From Paramoeba atlantica (lineage: Eukaryota; Protista; Discosea), in contig CDRNVI010000032.1 in the NCBI GenBank assembly GCA_977017575.1, positions 62,001 through 126,000 of the forward strand: a stretch of 64,000 nucleotides of DNA, written 5' to 3'. Under the pieces are notes generated by a model, which saw nothing but the letters and a program-made list of their open reading frames with translations, was not told where the DNA came from and made no database searches. Position numbers and translations under genes: made by a program. Positions within the stretch are counted from its first letter, which is position 1, and every line of letters begins with the position of its first letter. Shown here piece after piece: positions 1 through 9,454 of the stretch.

Positions 1-375
1 TGATTTGTCATTTTTCGTTCCAGGACTCATGGACATTTCCTGAACATGTTCTTGATCATCTGTCATTGGTCTATGATCCCATTTTGGATAGTAGACTACC
101 GTTTTCCCATTATGATACGTTTTTGAATGTATCTTTTTGTTTTGAATCCACTGATCCAGCAAGACTTGTAGTTGAGTCTTCTTTACCTTCCCACCTAAAA
201 GATTTACAGCGCTTTGAGTGACAAAAGGAATTTGATGTGCTAAAAGAGTTTGAAAAATATGCGAGTAGTCGGATGTTGTACTACTGGTTGTGTTTCGAGT
301 ATGCGTCTTGCTACGTTGCGTAGAATTACTCGTAGATGAAGTCTTGCTGACAGATAAGGAAATGTTGGTCTCCAT
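1..375 (-). CDS. HOP2: HOP2/TBPIP-like meiotic recombination protein, 5' part only (runs off the left edge; absent from the ORF track)
   Basis: Manual translation from the ATG at 375 stays open to base 1: METNISLS...IFQTLLAHQIPFVTQSAVNLLGGKVKKTQLQVLLDQWIQNKKIHSKTYHNGKTVVYYPK. This resembles the HOP2 winged-helix pattern (QNRPYS..D...NL.....K..V.K.L..L...GKI..K.YGKQKIY). Confidence 0.65.
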   Translation of the reverse strand, partial: METNISLSVSKTSSTSNSTQRSKTHTRNTTSSTTSDYSHIFQTLLAHQIPFVTQSAVNLLGGKVKKTQLQVLLDQWIQNKKIHSKTYHNGKTVVYYPKWDHRPMTDDQEHVQEMSMSPGTKNDKS

Positions 376-819
376 GCTAGACTTACTGTGCAGTGCTATT
401 TCATGTCAACATGCTTTTTCGTAAAAACTTAAAGGAAGAGGAAAATCCGAATCTATCAAAACTAGTGCTGTCAAAAAACTATTTCATGACAGTTGGCAAC
501 GAACTCATATTCAAGACTAAACCTTTACCTAACTTGTGAGGTTTGTATAAGATTACGTAACTCAATAGGCGTGAATTTATGCAACACCCCTAAAGATTAT
601 GACTATAAAATCATATTCGAACTACGTGATGAGTGATTCACATAAAAAGTAAATCTACAACGGATTACTAAAAACTCTTAAAAACCAGAATTAGCTATTC
701 AAACTGTCGAGTTCCGCTCACTAGTTATGTGTATCTAAACCGTAAACCCTGCTATCTAACGACCACTAAGACTACTTTGTTAAGATCCAATAAATAGGAT
801 ACAAAAGCAGACGAATCGA

Positions 820-3800
820 CTAGGCTTCAATTTCCTCGAATTTTTCCAGAGTTTCCCTGATCGATGCAAAGTATTCAATATCCTGAAACAGCTGAGGGGG
901 GCTACCCGCACGTACACGATACTTCGGTACCGCATCCATCCCCGACAGGGACTGTGAGATCCACCGAATTTGTACATATTCGTTCGGATGTGAGATTTGT
1001 GTACGTCCGTTTGAGAGTCGCATCATGTACCACCGCGGGTCTTCATTTACAAAGTCAAAGAAGAACTTTCGTACGTACACCACACGCTCGGGACAAGACA
1101 CCCCTTCCTGATACGTACCGATACTTTGCGCGTAATCCGCAAGCACCCGAACAAGCGTCGAGATTGTCGCGTTTCGTGTTGCTTCCGACTCCCGCAGCGT
1201 TTGTATCGTATCAGTATACACAGTGTGTACATAGGGATGGGGATGCTGCGCTCGGGAACCCTCATTTTGGTTTACCGTGGGAATATAATACACCATCCGC
1301 TGCCCCAGATCATGCACAATCGCGCTGGTCTGTTCCTGAATCGGATCCATAATTAACGCCCCGTAACAATTCACCTGACACTGATACAAAAAGTACACCA
1401 AATTTTCCTCCTGCACCACTTGATAATGCTGAATCCACCCCTCTAATCGCGAAATCTCCTGCGGGATAATCAGACCTGCGTTGGACGACACCGCAGAAGC
1501 CGCACGTGTCAACGCACTCGAAGAGCTTGACTGGGATCGTCGTGTCATCCCATGGCTCTCCCCCTTTTCGACTTCCTCCCCCTCTCTCCTTCCCCTCCCC
1601 GGCCCCCCCTTCCGTAGTTTCGACGACGGGGTGCCATGCTCCCCCGCCGGGGGCTTGGACCCTACGGGGGAGGCCGGCGTGAAGGCTGCAGCTAACGGAG
1701 AGGAGGGCTGACCTTTTCTTGAGCGACTCGAGACAGCAGCAGCAGCACGCGAAGAGGACCCCGCTGAGGGGGAACCCGTAAGAGATAAGGAAGCCACAGT
1801 ACTGCTGACCCTCTCGGGGAACTCGGGGGCTATAACCTCATGGGGGGCTGTGATACGAGAGGGGGAGGGGGGGAGGTGGTGAGACGAGATAGCGTCGGGA
1901 TGTTGTGTGTGAAGGGATGGGGTTACTGCTGCTGTGTTGGTTGTTGTTGCTGTTGTGGTTCCAAGGCTGTTGTTGGGATGTTCGTTTAAGGGTTCGGGTA
2001 GGGATCCAGTAAAGAAGGGGCTAATACTGCCGGGGGGGATGGAGACACGGTGGGGGGTGGGGAGGGAGGTGGTGGGGTAGTTGTCGTGGATTTCTGCAGC
2101 AAAGGTGGGACGGGTGGTGGGGAGGTTGGTGGGGTGGGTGGGGGTCTCGTTACGGGATCGGGTTTGCATGGGGTGGGAGGAGGGGAGGAGGGGGGAGTTG
2201 GGGGTAGTAGAGGTGGTGGGGAGTGGGGGTTTGTTCGTTCGTGAGCGAGAGGCAGTGGTGGCGCCAGAGGTGGAGGCGCGGGGAACGCGTTTGGCGGGGT
2301 GGGGAGGGCTGGAGCTGGTGACGTCGGTGGGAGGGGTAGGGATATTGGCATCGAGTTGGGCCGCGATACGAGAACGTGGAAGAGGACTACGACCGACACG
2401 GCGTGGGGAGGCACGGTCTTTTTGGGAAGGAGGGGTGTGTGTTTTGGGAAGTAATTTCGCGGCAAGTTGCTGTGCGGCGCGTGCTTTGGGTGGGGAGGGC
2501 GTTGGGGTTGATGAAGGGATTGGAGGCAGTGGTTTCGTAGAGCCCTTCGCGGCGCCTCGTGTTGGGGATGCCTGAAGCGGTGGCTTGACGGTTTTATTCG
2601 CGGCGCCCGACACGGTGGTAACTTTAGGATGGAGTGTGCTGGCACGTACCCCGCAGGTCTTACATAAGTCATAGCCACATTTGCAGTGGTAAAATACGTT
2701 GTCAGTTTTGGTCAGTGTCGCGACCTCCTTGTGGCAAGCGTCGCACCAGAAACCCCACCCATAATCATCCGTCCCAGTTTCGTTTAATTTCGGAAACTTG
2801 TCCAGGACTTGCATGACGTGTTTTCGCGGGCACCGAACTACATGGCGCCGTGAGTCAAACTGCGGAGAGGAACCTTCCCATTTCGCCGGGGGTCCGTCCA
2901 GCCAAAAAGATGGCGTGCGCCGTCCCCGTGCTGGAGAGGGAGAGGGGCGAGTTCTTTTACGACTCGAGGAGGAAGGGGAGCCTTTGCCCTCCGCTCCTTT
3001 ACGGGACTCAGGTGCATCGGTTGTTGCGGTACGCTTGGACTCCGGGTGCCAGGAGAGAGTGCTTTGTCGGAAACTGTAGCGTGCGGAGCCTTCCGCGAGG
3101 CCCCAGTCGCTTTCCAGCGAAGGCGACCGACGTGTACTAAAGGATCTCCGTGCGGAGGGCGCGGCAAAGGCTAAATTACTTCGTACACTGCGAGTACTTG
3201 CCTCACGCGAAGGTGCAACCTTCAGAGAGGCTTTCTGAAGTAAGTCCAAGCGCTGTCGCCTCCATTGCTCCACCTTTAGGTCATATTCGTGTACTAACAG
3301 ACTTCGAATCTTTAGCTCGCGTTGCTGCACATCGATACATGTGTCATAACTTCTTCGCATGTTTTGATAAAGTGTTCGCTCTACGTCTTCATCGGTGCGT
3401 AATTTGTGAAATTCGCGCTCAAAGTTACGAACGCCAATCGCTTTTAGAAAAGCAACACTGGGGTGTTTCGGCCTCTTTAGCCACACTGCATGTCTTTGTA
3501 CTGCTCGAAGGTCCGGACGACGAGTGCCATCCACTTGGAGCATACTTTCCACAAGTTTCATAAAGTCTATATCGGCGTGGAACCCGCGTGGCCACTCCCA
3601 CCGACCCTCACTGACGGCTTTACACAACACGTCCGGATCCTTCCCCCTCCCTTTGGTTTCATTCCAGTAAGGGGAAGCCCTTGTGGCTAGGAAAAACAAC
3701 ACCACCCCAAGACTGTACACATCGATTTCTGTATTGTACCGAAACCCAGGAGCCATGGTCCTTGTTTTCTGGTGGTGCAGCACTTGCTTCATGAGTTCTG

Positions 3801-4422
3801 GCGCCATGTAAGAATAGGTCCCTGCGACAGTTTTCCGCGGTGTCTCTAACGTCGAAACACTTGAGGAGAGACCAAAATCTGTAATCTTAATATTCCCTTC
3901 GCTATCAAAAACAAAGTTTCCCGGTTTTAAATCACGATGAATGCAGTGTCGAGAATGGATATAAGCAATTGCGTCTACAATTTGATGTCCCAGCCGCAAC
4001 ACATCTTCCATACTTAGTGTGTACTCCCGGATTACATCCTGAAGTGATTTCTTCAAACATCGTTCCATTACGATATACACGTAGTCCATGTGCACGGCCG
4101 CATGAATGAAACGCACAATGTGGGGATGTTTCATCATTTTCATAATCCGTACCTCATCTCGCAAGCGGTCCAGATCCTTCCCGCGCACTTTCTTGTGACT
4201 ACATTTGACGGCGACTTCGGTCTTTTCCCCGGCGTACTCGAGAGTCCCGCCAAGAACAACTCCGAATGCTCCCTCGCCCAGCATCATATCGGTGCGGACT
4301 ACCATCGTGTCGGGACCGTCCGGGATGCGAATTTCTAAGTGAGTGATGTCCTCCGTCTCTACTGTGCATGGGACGATGGCATTCTCAATGCTAACACTGC
4401 GGGAGGCGCGACTGGTTGCCAT
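820..4422 (-). CDS. KKT2: Kinetoplastid kinetochore kinase KKT2/KKT3-like (kinase + central Zn-binding CL domain + divergent polo boxes)
   Basis: N-terminal kinase motifs (GEGAFG, VAVK, HRDLKPGN, DFG, APE). Central Cys/His module CPRKH...CDAC...HCKCGYDLCKTC at about 2650-2835. Beta-rich polo-box-like C-terminus. Likely start MATSRAS at 4422. KKT2 and KKT3 cannot be separated without a phylogeny. Confidence 0.8.
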   Translation of the reverse strand: MATSRASRSVSIENAIVPCTVETEDITHLEIRIPDGPDTMVVRTDMMLGEGAFGVVLGGTLEYAGEKTEVAVKCSHKKVRGKDLDRLRDEVRIMKMMKHPHIVRFIHAAVHMDYVYIVMERCLKKSLQDVIREYTLSMEDVLRLGHQIVDAIAYIHSRHCIHRDLKPGNFVFDSEGNIKITDFGLSSSVSTLETPRKTVAGTYSYMAPELMKQVLHHQKTRTMAPGFRYNTEIDVYSLGVVLFFLATRASPYWNETKGRGKDPDVLCKAVSEGRWEWPRGFHADIDFMKLVESMLQVDGTRRPDLRAVQRHAVWLKRPKHPSVAFLKAIGVRNFEREFHKLRTDEDVERTLYQNMRRSYDTCIDVQQRELKIRSLLVHEYDLKVEQWRRQRLDLLQKASLKVAPSREASTRSVRSNLAFAAPSARRSFSTRRSPSLESDWGLAEGSARYSFRQSTLSWHPESKRTATTDAPESRKGAEGKGSPSSSSRKRTRPSPSPARGRRTPSFWLDGPPAKWEGSSPQFDSRRHVVRCPRKHVMQVLDKFPKLNETGTDDYGWGFWCDACHKEVATLTKTDNVFYHCKCGYDLCKTCGVRASTLHPKVTTVSGAANKTVKPPLQASPTRGAAKGSTKPLPPIPSSTPTPSPPKARAAQQLAAKLLPKTHTPPSQKDRASPRRVGRSPLPRSRIAAQLDANIPTPPTDVTSSSPPHPAKRVPRASTSGATTASRSRTNKPPLPTTSTTPNSPLLPSSHPMQTRSRNETPTHPTNLPTTRPTFAAEIHDNYPTTSLPTPHRVSIPPGSISPFFTGSLPEPLNEHPNNSLGTTTATTTNTAAVTPSLHTQHPDAISSHHLPPSPSRITAPHEVIAPEFPERVSSTVASLSLTGSPSAGSSSRAAAAVSSRSRKGQPSSPLAAAFTPASPVGSKPPAGEHGTPSSKLRKGGPGRGRREGEEVEKGESHGMTRRSQSSSSSALTRAASAVSSNAGLIIPQEISRLEGWIQHYQVVQEENLVYFLYQCQVNCYGALIMDPIQEQTSAIVHDLGQRMVYYIPTVNQNEGSRAQHPHPYVHTVYTDTIQTLRESEATRNATISTLVRVLADYAQSIGTYQEGVSCPERVVYVRKFFFDFVNEDPRWYMMRLSNGRTQISHPNEYVQIRWISQSLSGMDAVPKYRVRAGSPPQLFQDIEYFASIRETLEKFEEIEA

Positions 4423-4623
4423 TGAGAAATTAAAAGAACAGGAAAAAATCGATTCCAAATTGGAATGGTGACCAAACGTGAGAGGATGATAAGAAGGTAG
4501 GTGCATGATGAGAAGACGTTTTTGTTGTTGATAAGGTATGAAGAAAAGTGTTTCAGTACGTAAAAAATATATATTTCAGAGTACTCTCGAAGTATTCCTC
4601 TGAATTGTAATATTTTCACTCCG

Positions 4624-7374
4624 TTAAAGGACACTCTGCATCCTTTTCAGTTCCACAACCAGACGCCAGTCATCATCCGCCATATCGCCACGAAAGGATT
4701 CCTTCAGAGCATCAATACTTTTGCGAGACAGCGCACTATGAAAAATGCAATCTGTGGGTACATGCCTTCCTACAACTGCGCCCAAATCCTTTGTTTGTAT
4801 TTTAATTGCAACTTTCGACCCCGCACGGCTGATTGGTATTTCTTTGTGTTCACTTTGAACGCTAACTACCGTTCCAATTGTTTGAAAAGAAGGCGATAAG
4901 CTGTTTGTAGAACTGTCAGCGTTATTTTTAGGCAATATTCCAATAGGAGTTCCGGAACGAAGTTGGCCTCGTAGTACCTCTACCCCCAAAACAATGGGGT
5001 CGGCAGCTCGAAACGTCTGTAAATACCGAAAACTTACTGGAAAAACAACGAAATTTTGGTTGCGATCTTTTGCCTGCTCTTCTTTTTGCTTTACATATGC
5101 GATGTAACGATCGAATAGAGTGTATATCACATTCGATGAAAAAATCGGAATTTTGTGAAAATCGGCAATCTCTTGTGCTTCTTTCGATATGGGAACGTCG
5201 AAGGCAAGAAGAAGCGCGTTTTTGGGATCACGTTCCAATGATACTTGGCAGTGAATCATGTGTCGCTTATGTATAGGACCTAAAGCAATGCAAGCCACGG
5301 GAACTTTCTTTTCCTCAAAAAAAGAAAGCAGAGCCTCTAAAGATCCAAGTGTAGAAGCTTGCAAGGTAATACCTCTTCCCGAGGCTTCAAGACGGGAGTT
5401 CAAAGAGGTCACATCTTTCATGACATCGGATTTTAGATCTTCCAGAGAGGGCGAGGGATCTTTGTCGTTGTACACAAACAGCGGAGTCCCTGCAACAGCA
5501 TCTTCAATATCATGAGCAGCAATTTTCACACCTTTGGCGGCATGTACGCTTTGATGGGTCACAAAATCCCCACGCAGACGAAGCTCCGTACAAGGCGCCG
5601 GACTTAGTAGATTTCGAATCGTTGTAACAATAGGCCCGTTTAGCCCGCAGACGACAATAGTATCTCCAATGTGCAACGCACCATTCACAAGGATAACATC
5701 TAGAGTAGTTCCAAAGCCCTCAGTTTTTTTCACCTCCAGCAAAGTACAGTCCACGCTGCCCTTTTCGTGAAGAGTTACTTTGCTTTCCATAAAGTTTTCC
5801 ACGATTTGGGTCAACAAACATAAAAGATCAGGAATACCTTCCCCCGTGGTAGCGGAGACCGGAACCAAGGAAACCGTTTTTCGTAAGTCAGTATTTTCAT
5901 AAAATAGCTCGGAGTTGAAACCTTCTTCCATAAGCTGAGTTTTAACCGTTTGAACCCTGGATAAGAACTCGGAGTGTACGTATTTTTTTTGCTTTCTAAG
6001 ACAAACAGAAAATGGCGCATCCAAGGTTGGCACCCAGTCATACATCCGATCCACTTTGTTAATTACCACAATGAAAGGACACTTCCGACGTCGGAGTAGG
6101 TCTAAGCTTTCCTTTGTCTGAGCTTCTAAACCTTTCGTGAGATCTACGAGAAGGATGGCAATATCGCAGAGAGAGGACCCGCGTGAGCGTAAGTGTGTAA
6201 AGCATGAGTGACCAGGAGTATCAATCATTAAGAAACCCGGAAGCTTACTCTCCGACGGCATAATAGCCTTTTTGGAATCTGCGCCTCGAAATTTGTTGGC
6301 CTCAATTAATGACGCGGTACGTCGTACTACATGTTCTATTGGAAAGAACGTAGCACCAATTTGCTGCGTTATTCCTCCGGCTTCGCCAGATTGTACTTTT
6401 GAACGTCGGAGGCAATCAAGTAAGGATGTTTTCCCGGCATCGACATGACCAAGGATACAGATTATAGGCGAGCGTAGCGAAGTAGGATGAATGATGACAT
6501 CGTTTTTTAAAGGCACATTGGAAGAAGGTAGTTGAGTTCTCGATGCTTTTGCAGAAATGTTTTCTAATGACTTCTCGTGCTTTTGTATGAGAGATTTCCA
6601 TTCTTTAGCTTGCTCTTCATTGACAGCGATTCGAATCACCCCCATCTCAGGATGAAGCGTAGCTAAAACGCGACGTGCTGCTAACCGTTCAGAGTGTTCT
6701 AAGTAATCTTCCCAAGAGGCACAGACATCTGATTCGACAGATGCGTCATGAAACAAATCGCGATCTCTTCGATCAACGGCAACGATAGTTTCAAAATCTT
6801 TATAAAGAGAATCCAAATTCTGTGGCCCAACTTCATTTTCCAACCCTACGTTCTCCGAGCCGCGGCTCTCCAAGTTCGACGCTCTACTTTTGATTTTTTC
6901 ATCTTCATTTTCGCACCGTGGCGGAGCACTAGGTTTTGATACATTTGTTTTTCGACGAGAACTATAGAGCTGGCGCATGTTGGAGCGTTGCATTTTTCCT
7001 CCACTATCATTTCCGTTTTCCTCATCCGCAACTTTAGGAATAAAATGCCCAGCGTGTCTTAGTTCTTCTAATTTCTTCTGTTTTTCCAACAGTTTCCTAT
7101 CAGCGGAGGTAATAGTTTTCGCAGTTGCTTTCTTCCGTTTTCGCTCTTCTTCTTTCTTCTGTTCCTCCAACGCTATACGTTTTTCTTCCTCTTCCACTCT
7201 TTTTTGCTCGGCCTCTTCCTCCGCCATTCGTTTGGCTTCTGCTTGCTTCTGCTTTTCAATCTGAGCCTTCATAGCCAGAAGCGAAGGAGGCACATTTTTA
7301 GTCTTTCCAGCGCTCTTCGAACTCTCCTTCCCTTTAGTTGATTTGGAAGCTCCACTGCTTGGTTTCGGCGGCAT
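4624..7374 (-). CDS. eIF5B: Translation initiation factor eIF5B (IF2 family GTPase)
   Basis: RSPIICILGHVDAGKT, GEAGGITQQIGAT, IDTPGH and NKVD motifs, with a charged N-terminus. Likely start MPPKPSS at 7374. Confidence 0.95.
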   Translation of the reverse strand: MPPKPSSGASKSTKGKESSKSAGKTKNVPPSLLAMKAQIEKQKQAEAKRMAEEEAEQKRVEEEEKRIALEEQKKEEERKRKKATAKTITSADRKLLEKQKKLEELRHAGHFIPKVADEENGNDSGGKMQRSNMRQLYSSRRKTNVSKPSAPPRCENEDEKIKSRASNLESRGSENVGLENEVGPQNLDSLYKDFETIVAVDRRDRDLFHDASVESDVCASWEDYLEHSERLAARRVLATLHPEMGVIRIAVNEEQAKEWKSLIQKHEKSLENISAKASRTQLPSSNVPLKNDVIIHPTSLRSPIICILGHVDAGKTSLLDCLRRSKVQSGEAGGITQQIGATFFPIEHVVRRTASLIEANKFRGADSKKAIMPSESKLPGFLMIDTPGHSCFTHLRSRGSSLCDIAILLVDLTKGLEAQTKESLDLLRRRKCPFIVVINKVDRMYDWVPTLDAPFSVCLRKQKKYVHSEFLSRVQTVKTQLMEEGFNSELFYENTDLRKTVSLVPVSATTGEGIPDLLCLLTQIVENFMESKVTLHEKGSVDCTLLEVKKTEGFGTTLDVILVNGALHIGDTIVVCGLNGPIVTTIRNLLSPAPCTELRLRGDFVTHQSVHAAKGVKIAAHDIEDAVAGTPLFVYNDKDPSPSLEDLKSDVMKDVTSLNSRLEASGRGITLQASTLGSLEALLSFFEEKKVPVACIALGPIHKRHMIHCQVSLERDPKNALLLAFDVPISKEAQEIADFHKIPIFSSNVIYTLFDRYIAYVKQKEEQAKDRNQNFVVFPVSFRYLQTFRAADPIVLGVEVLRGQLRSGTPIGILPKNNADSSTNSLSPSFQTIGTVVSVQSEHKEIPISRAGSKVAIKIQTKDLGAVVGRHVPTDCIFHSALSRKSIDALKESFRGDMADDDWRLVVELKRMQSVL

Positions 7375-7591
7375 TAGTTTGAATAAAATTGTGAAGAAGA
7401 AAGATAGAAAATGGATACAGAAAATGATAGCAAAAGCGAACACAAGTATGCCGTAAAACAACATAATGTATGCACATATTCATGTATGTATGATTCCACA
7501 TCATCAATTCCAAACGTACGTCCGTACGTTTTGAATGTTGTGTACGTGTAAAAACATTCACATGGTTTCCTCTTCATCCTTCTACTTCATC

Positions 7592-9136
7592 TCACGCATC
7601 CACTTCATCACCTCCCCCACCCTTATCCCTCCCCCCACCCCCTCCCCCCACCGGATACTCCCTCCTCACAATCCCCTCCGCCTCCCACAACGCCTGCGTC
7701 ACCGTATCCATCACCCTCAACACCCGCTCCTCCCCTCCCCCCTCCCTCTTCCCCATCCGCCTCCCCAGCCCCCTCTCCAGCCTCTCAAACATCCCCACAT
7801 CCCTCTCCGTGACCATCACCAGCGACAGCCCCCCCCTCCCCGCCCTCGCGGTGCGCCCCGCGCGGTGCACATACCGCACCGCGGACACCGGGAAGTCGTA
7901 GTGGACCACCACGTCGACCCCCGGGATGTCCAGCCCCCGGGCGAACACGTCCGTGCACACCAGCACCCGCGACGCCCCCAGCGCGAACAGCGCGAGCGCG
8001 TCCGTGCGCTGCTGCTGGGTCTGCAGCCCGTGCATCCCGCACACGGAGAGCCCGAGGAGCTGGAGCGTGAGGCGGACGACCGCGGCCCGGCGACGGGAGT
8101 TGGCAAAGACCATGGCGCGGGGCCAGGGGCAGGCCGGGGGGGAGAGCAGGAGCGCGAGGTGGATGAGCTTGACGTGGCTGGGGACGAGGAGGAACTGCTC
8201 GGAGAGGGTGGGGGGGAGGGAGGGGGCGGGGGGGTTGGGGGAGTTAGAAGGGGTAGGGAGGTTGGGGGAGTTAGAAGGGGTAGGGAGGTTGGGGAAGTTA
8301 GAAGAGGTAGGGAGGTTGGGGGGTTGCGATTTCGGGAGATCGGGGGAAGGGGAGGTGTTTGGGGCCTCTGGAAGACCCAATTGTGTGGCGGCCTCGGTGT
8401 GATTAAGGGTAGCGGAGAAGAGGAGGTAGCGGAGTTCGTGGGTTGGTCGTTCGGTTTGTAGAAAGGAGATGAGTTGGTGTACCTCTCCTGCGTTTTCGGT
8501 GAGGGTGAGTAACTTATCGGCCTCGTCAAATACCACGAAACGTAAATATCGGGTCGCGACGTTGGCGTAGGGGGACTCGGTCAGTAAATAGTGCATACGC
8601 CCTGGGGTACCAATTAAAAAATGAGCCCGGGTCTCCACTGCGTTAAATTGCAGTTTCTGTTTAATGCCTCCAATCACCAGCCCTACGCGTACCCCTATGG
8701 GAGTCCCGAATAAGTGAAACTGGTCCGCAATCTGGATCGCAAGCTCGCGTGTCGGGGATAGCACCAAACCATAGATGCCATACATGTCACAGGAGAGCGC
8801 CTGGAGCAGAGGTAATGCATAAGCCGCTGTTTTTCCTGTTCCTGTCGGGGCACACGCCATCACACACCTATCCCCACGTAGGATCTGTGGAATGGCCCTC
8901 TGCTGCACCGGAGTGGGCTTGAGTAGGCCTACGTGAGTGCAGACACGACAGATCCATGCATGCAAACCAAGTTGTTGAAAGCTGCAGGGGGGAGTGTTGC
9001 TTTCCACCGTATTCTCTGAGGGTTCGCATGAGGTTAAAGGTTCTGTTGATAAGGGGGATGACGTCTTGAAGGCACGCTTAGGTTTTTTCGACAGTGCAAT
9101 TTGTTTTTCGGAAACCTTTTTATTCCTTCGTTTCAT
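7592..9136 (-). CDS. DBP8: DEAD-box RNA helicase DBP8/DDX49-like
   Basis: Q motif (PTPVQ), APTGTGKT, PTRELAIQI, TPGR, DEAD, SAT, ARGLDIP and YVHRAGRTARAGR. The QIADQF..FG..IG context fits DBP8. Confidence 0.85.
   Translation of the reverse strand: MKRRNKKVSEKQIALSKKPKRAFKTSSPLSTEPLTSCEPSENTVESNTPPCSFQQLGLHAWICRVCTHVGLLKPTPVQQRAIPQILRGDRCVMACAPTGTGKTAAYALPLLQALSCDMYGIYGLVLSPTRELAIQIADQFHLFGTPIGVRVGLVIGGIKQKLQFNAVETRAHFLIGTPGRMHYLLTESPYANVATRYLRFVVFDEADKLLTLTENAGEVHQLISFLQTERPTHELRYLLFSATLNHTEAATQLGLPEAPNTSPSPDLPKSQPPNLPTSSNFPNLPTPSNSPNLPTPSNSPNPPAPSLPPTLSEQFLLVPSHVKLIHLALLLSPPACPWPRAMVFANSRRRAAVVRLTLQLLGLSVCGMHGLQTQQQRTDALALFALGASRVLVCTDVFARGLDIPGVDVVVHYDFPVSAVRYVHRAGRTARAGRGGLSLVMVTERDVGMFERLERGLGRRMGKREGGGEERVLRVMDTVTQALWEAEGIVRREYPVGGGGGGRDKGGGGDEVDA
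8233..8322. repeat. 27-bp in-frame tandem repeat (about 3.3 copies) inside the DBP8 inter-domain linker, encoding (S/F)PNLPT(P/S)SN
   Basis: Unit ggttgggggagttagaaggggtaggga at 8233, 8260 and 8287, with a partial copy at 8314. Confidence 0.9.
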
Positions 9137-9454
9137 ATTGCTTTCCGTGATACGCTTCCTAAAGATGGTAACAAGTGAAATATTCAGTGTTTAATAAGTT
9201 TACAAAAGGAAAATATGGCGCAAAAGACAGCGGTAAAAACGTTCCGCTTAAAAGAAATGATTGCGATTCGCCCTTTGAAAAGAGAAAAGTTGTACACCAA
9301 AAGTGCATACAAACGTTTACTTCTAGTATTCCAGCTGGGGACCAAATTCTATAAAAATATAAAATAAACAAATCATTTTACATACACCTCATTTTAGATG
9401 TGGCATAAAAATAGAAACGCTTACGTCGCAGTCATGTACAGTGGAATTCGAAAG

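Noticed and set aside
820-4422. Canonical polo-like kinase PLK1
   Set aside because: The central zinc module, the divergent polo boxes and the activation loop (KTVAGTYSY) fit KKT2/3 better.
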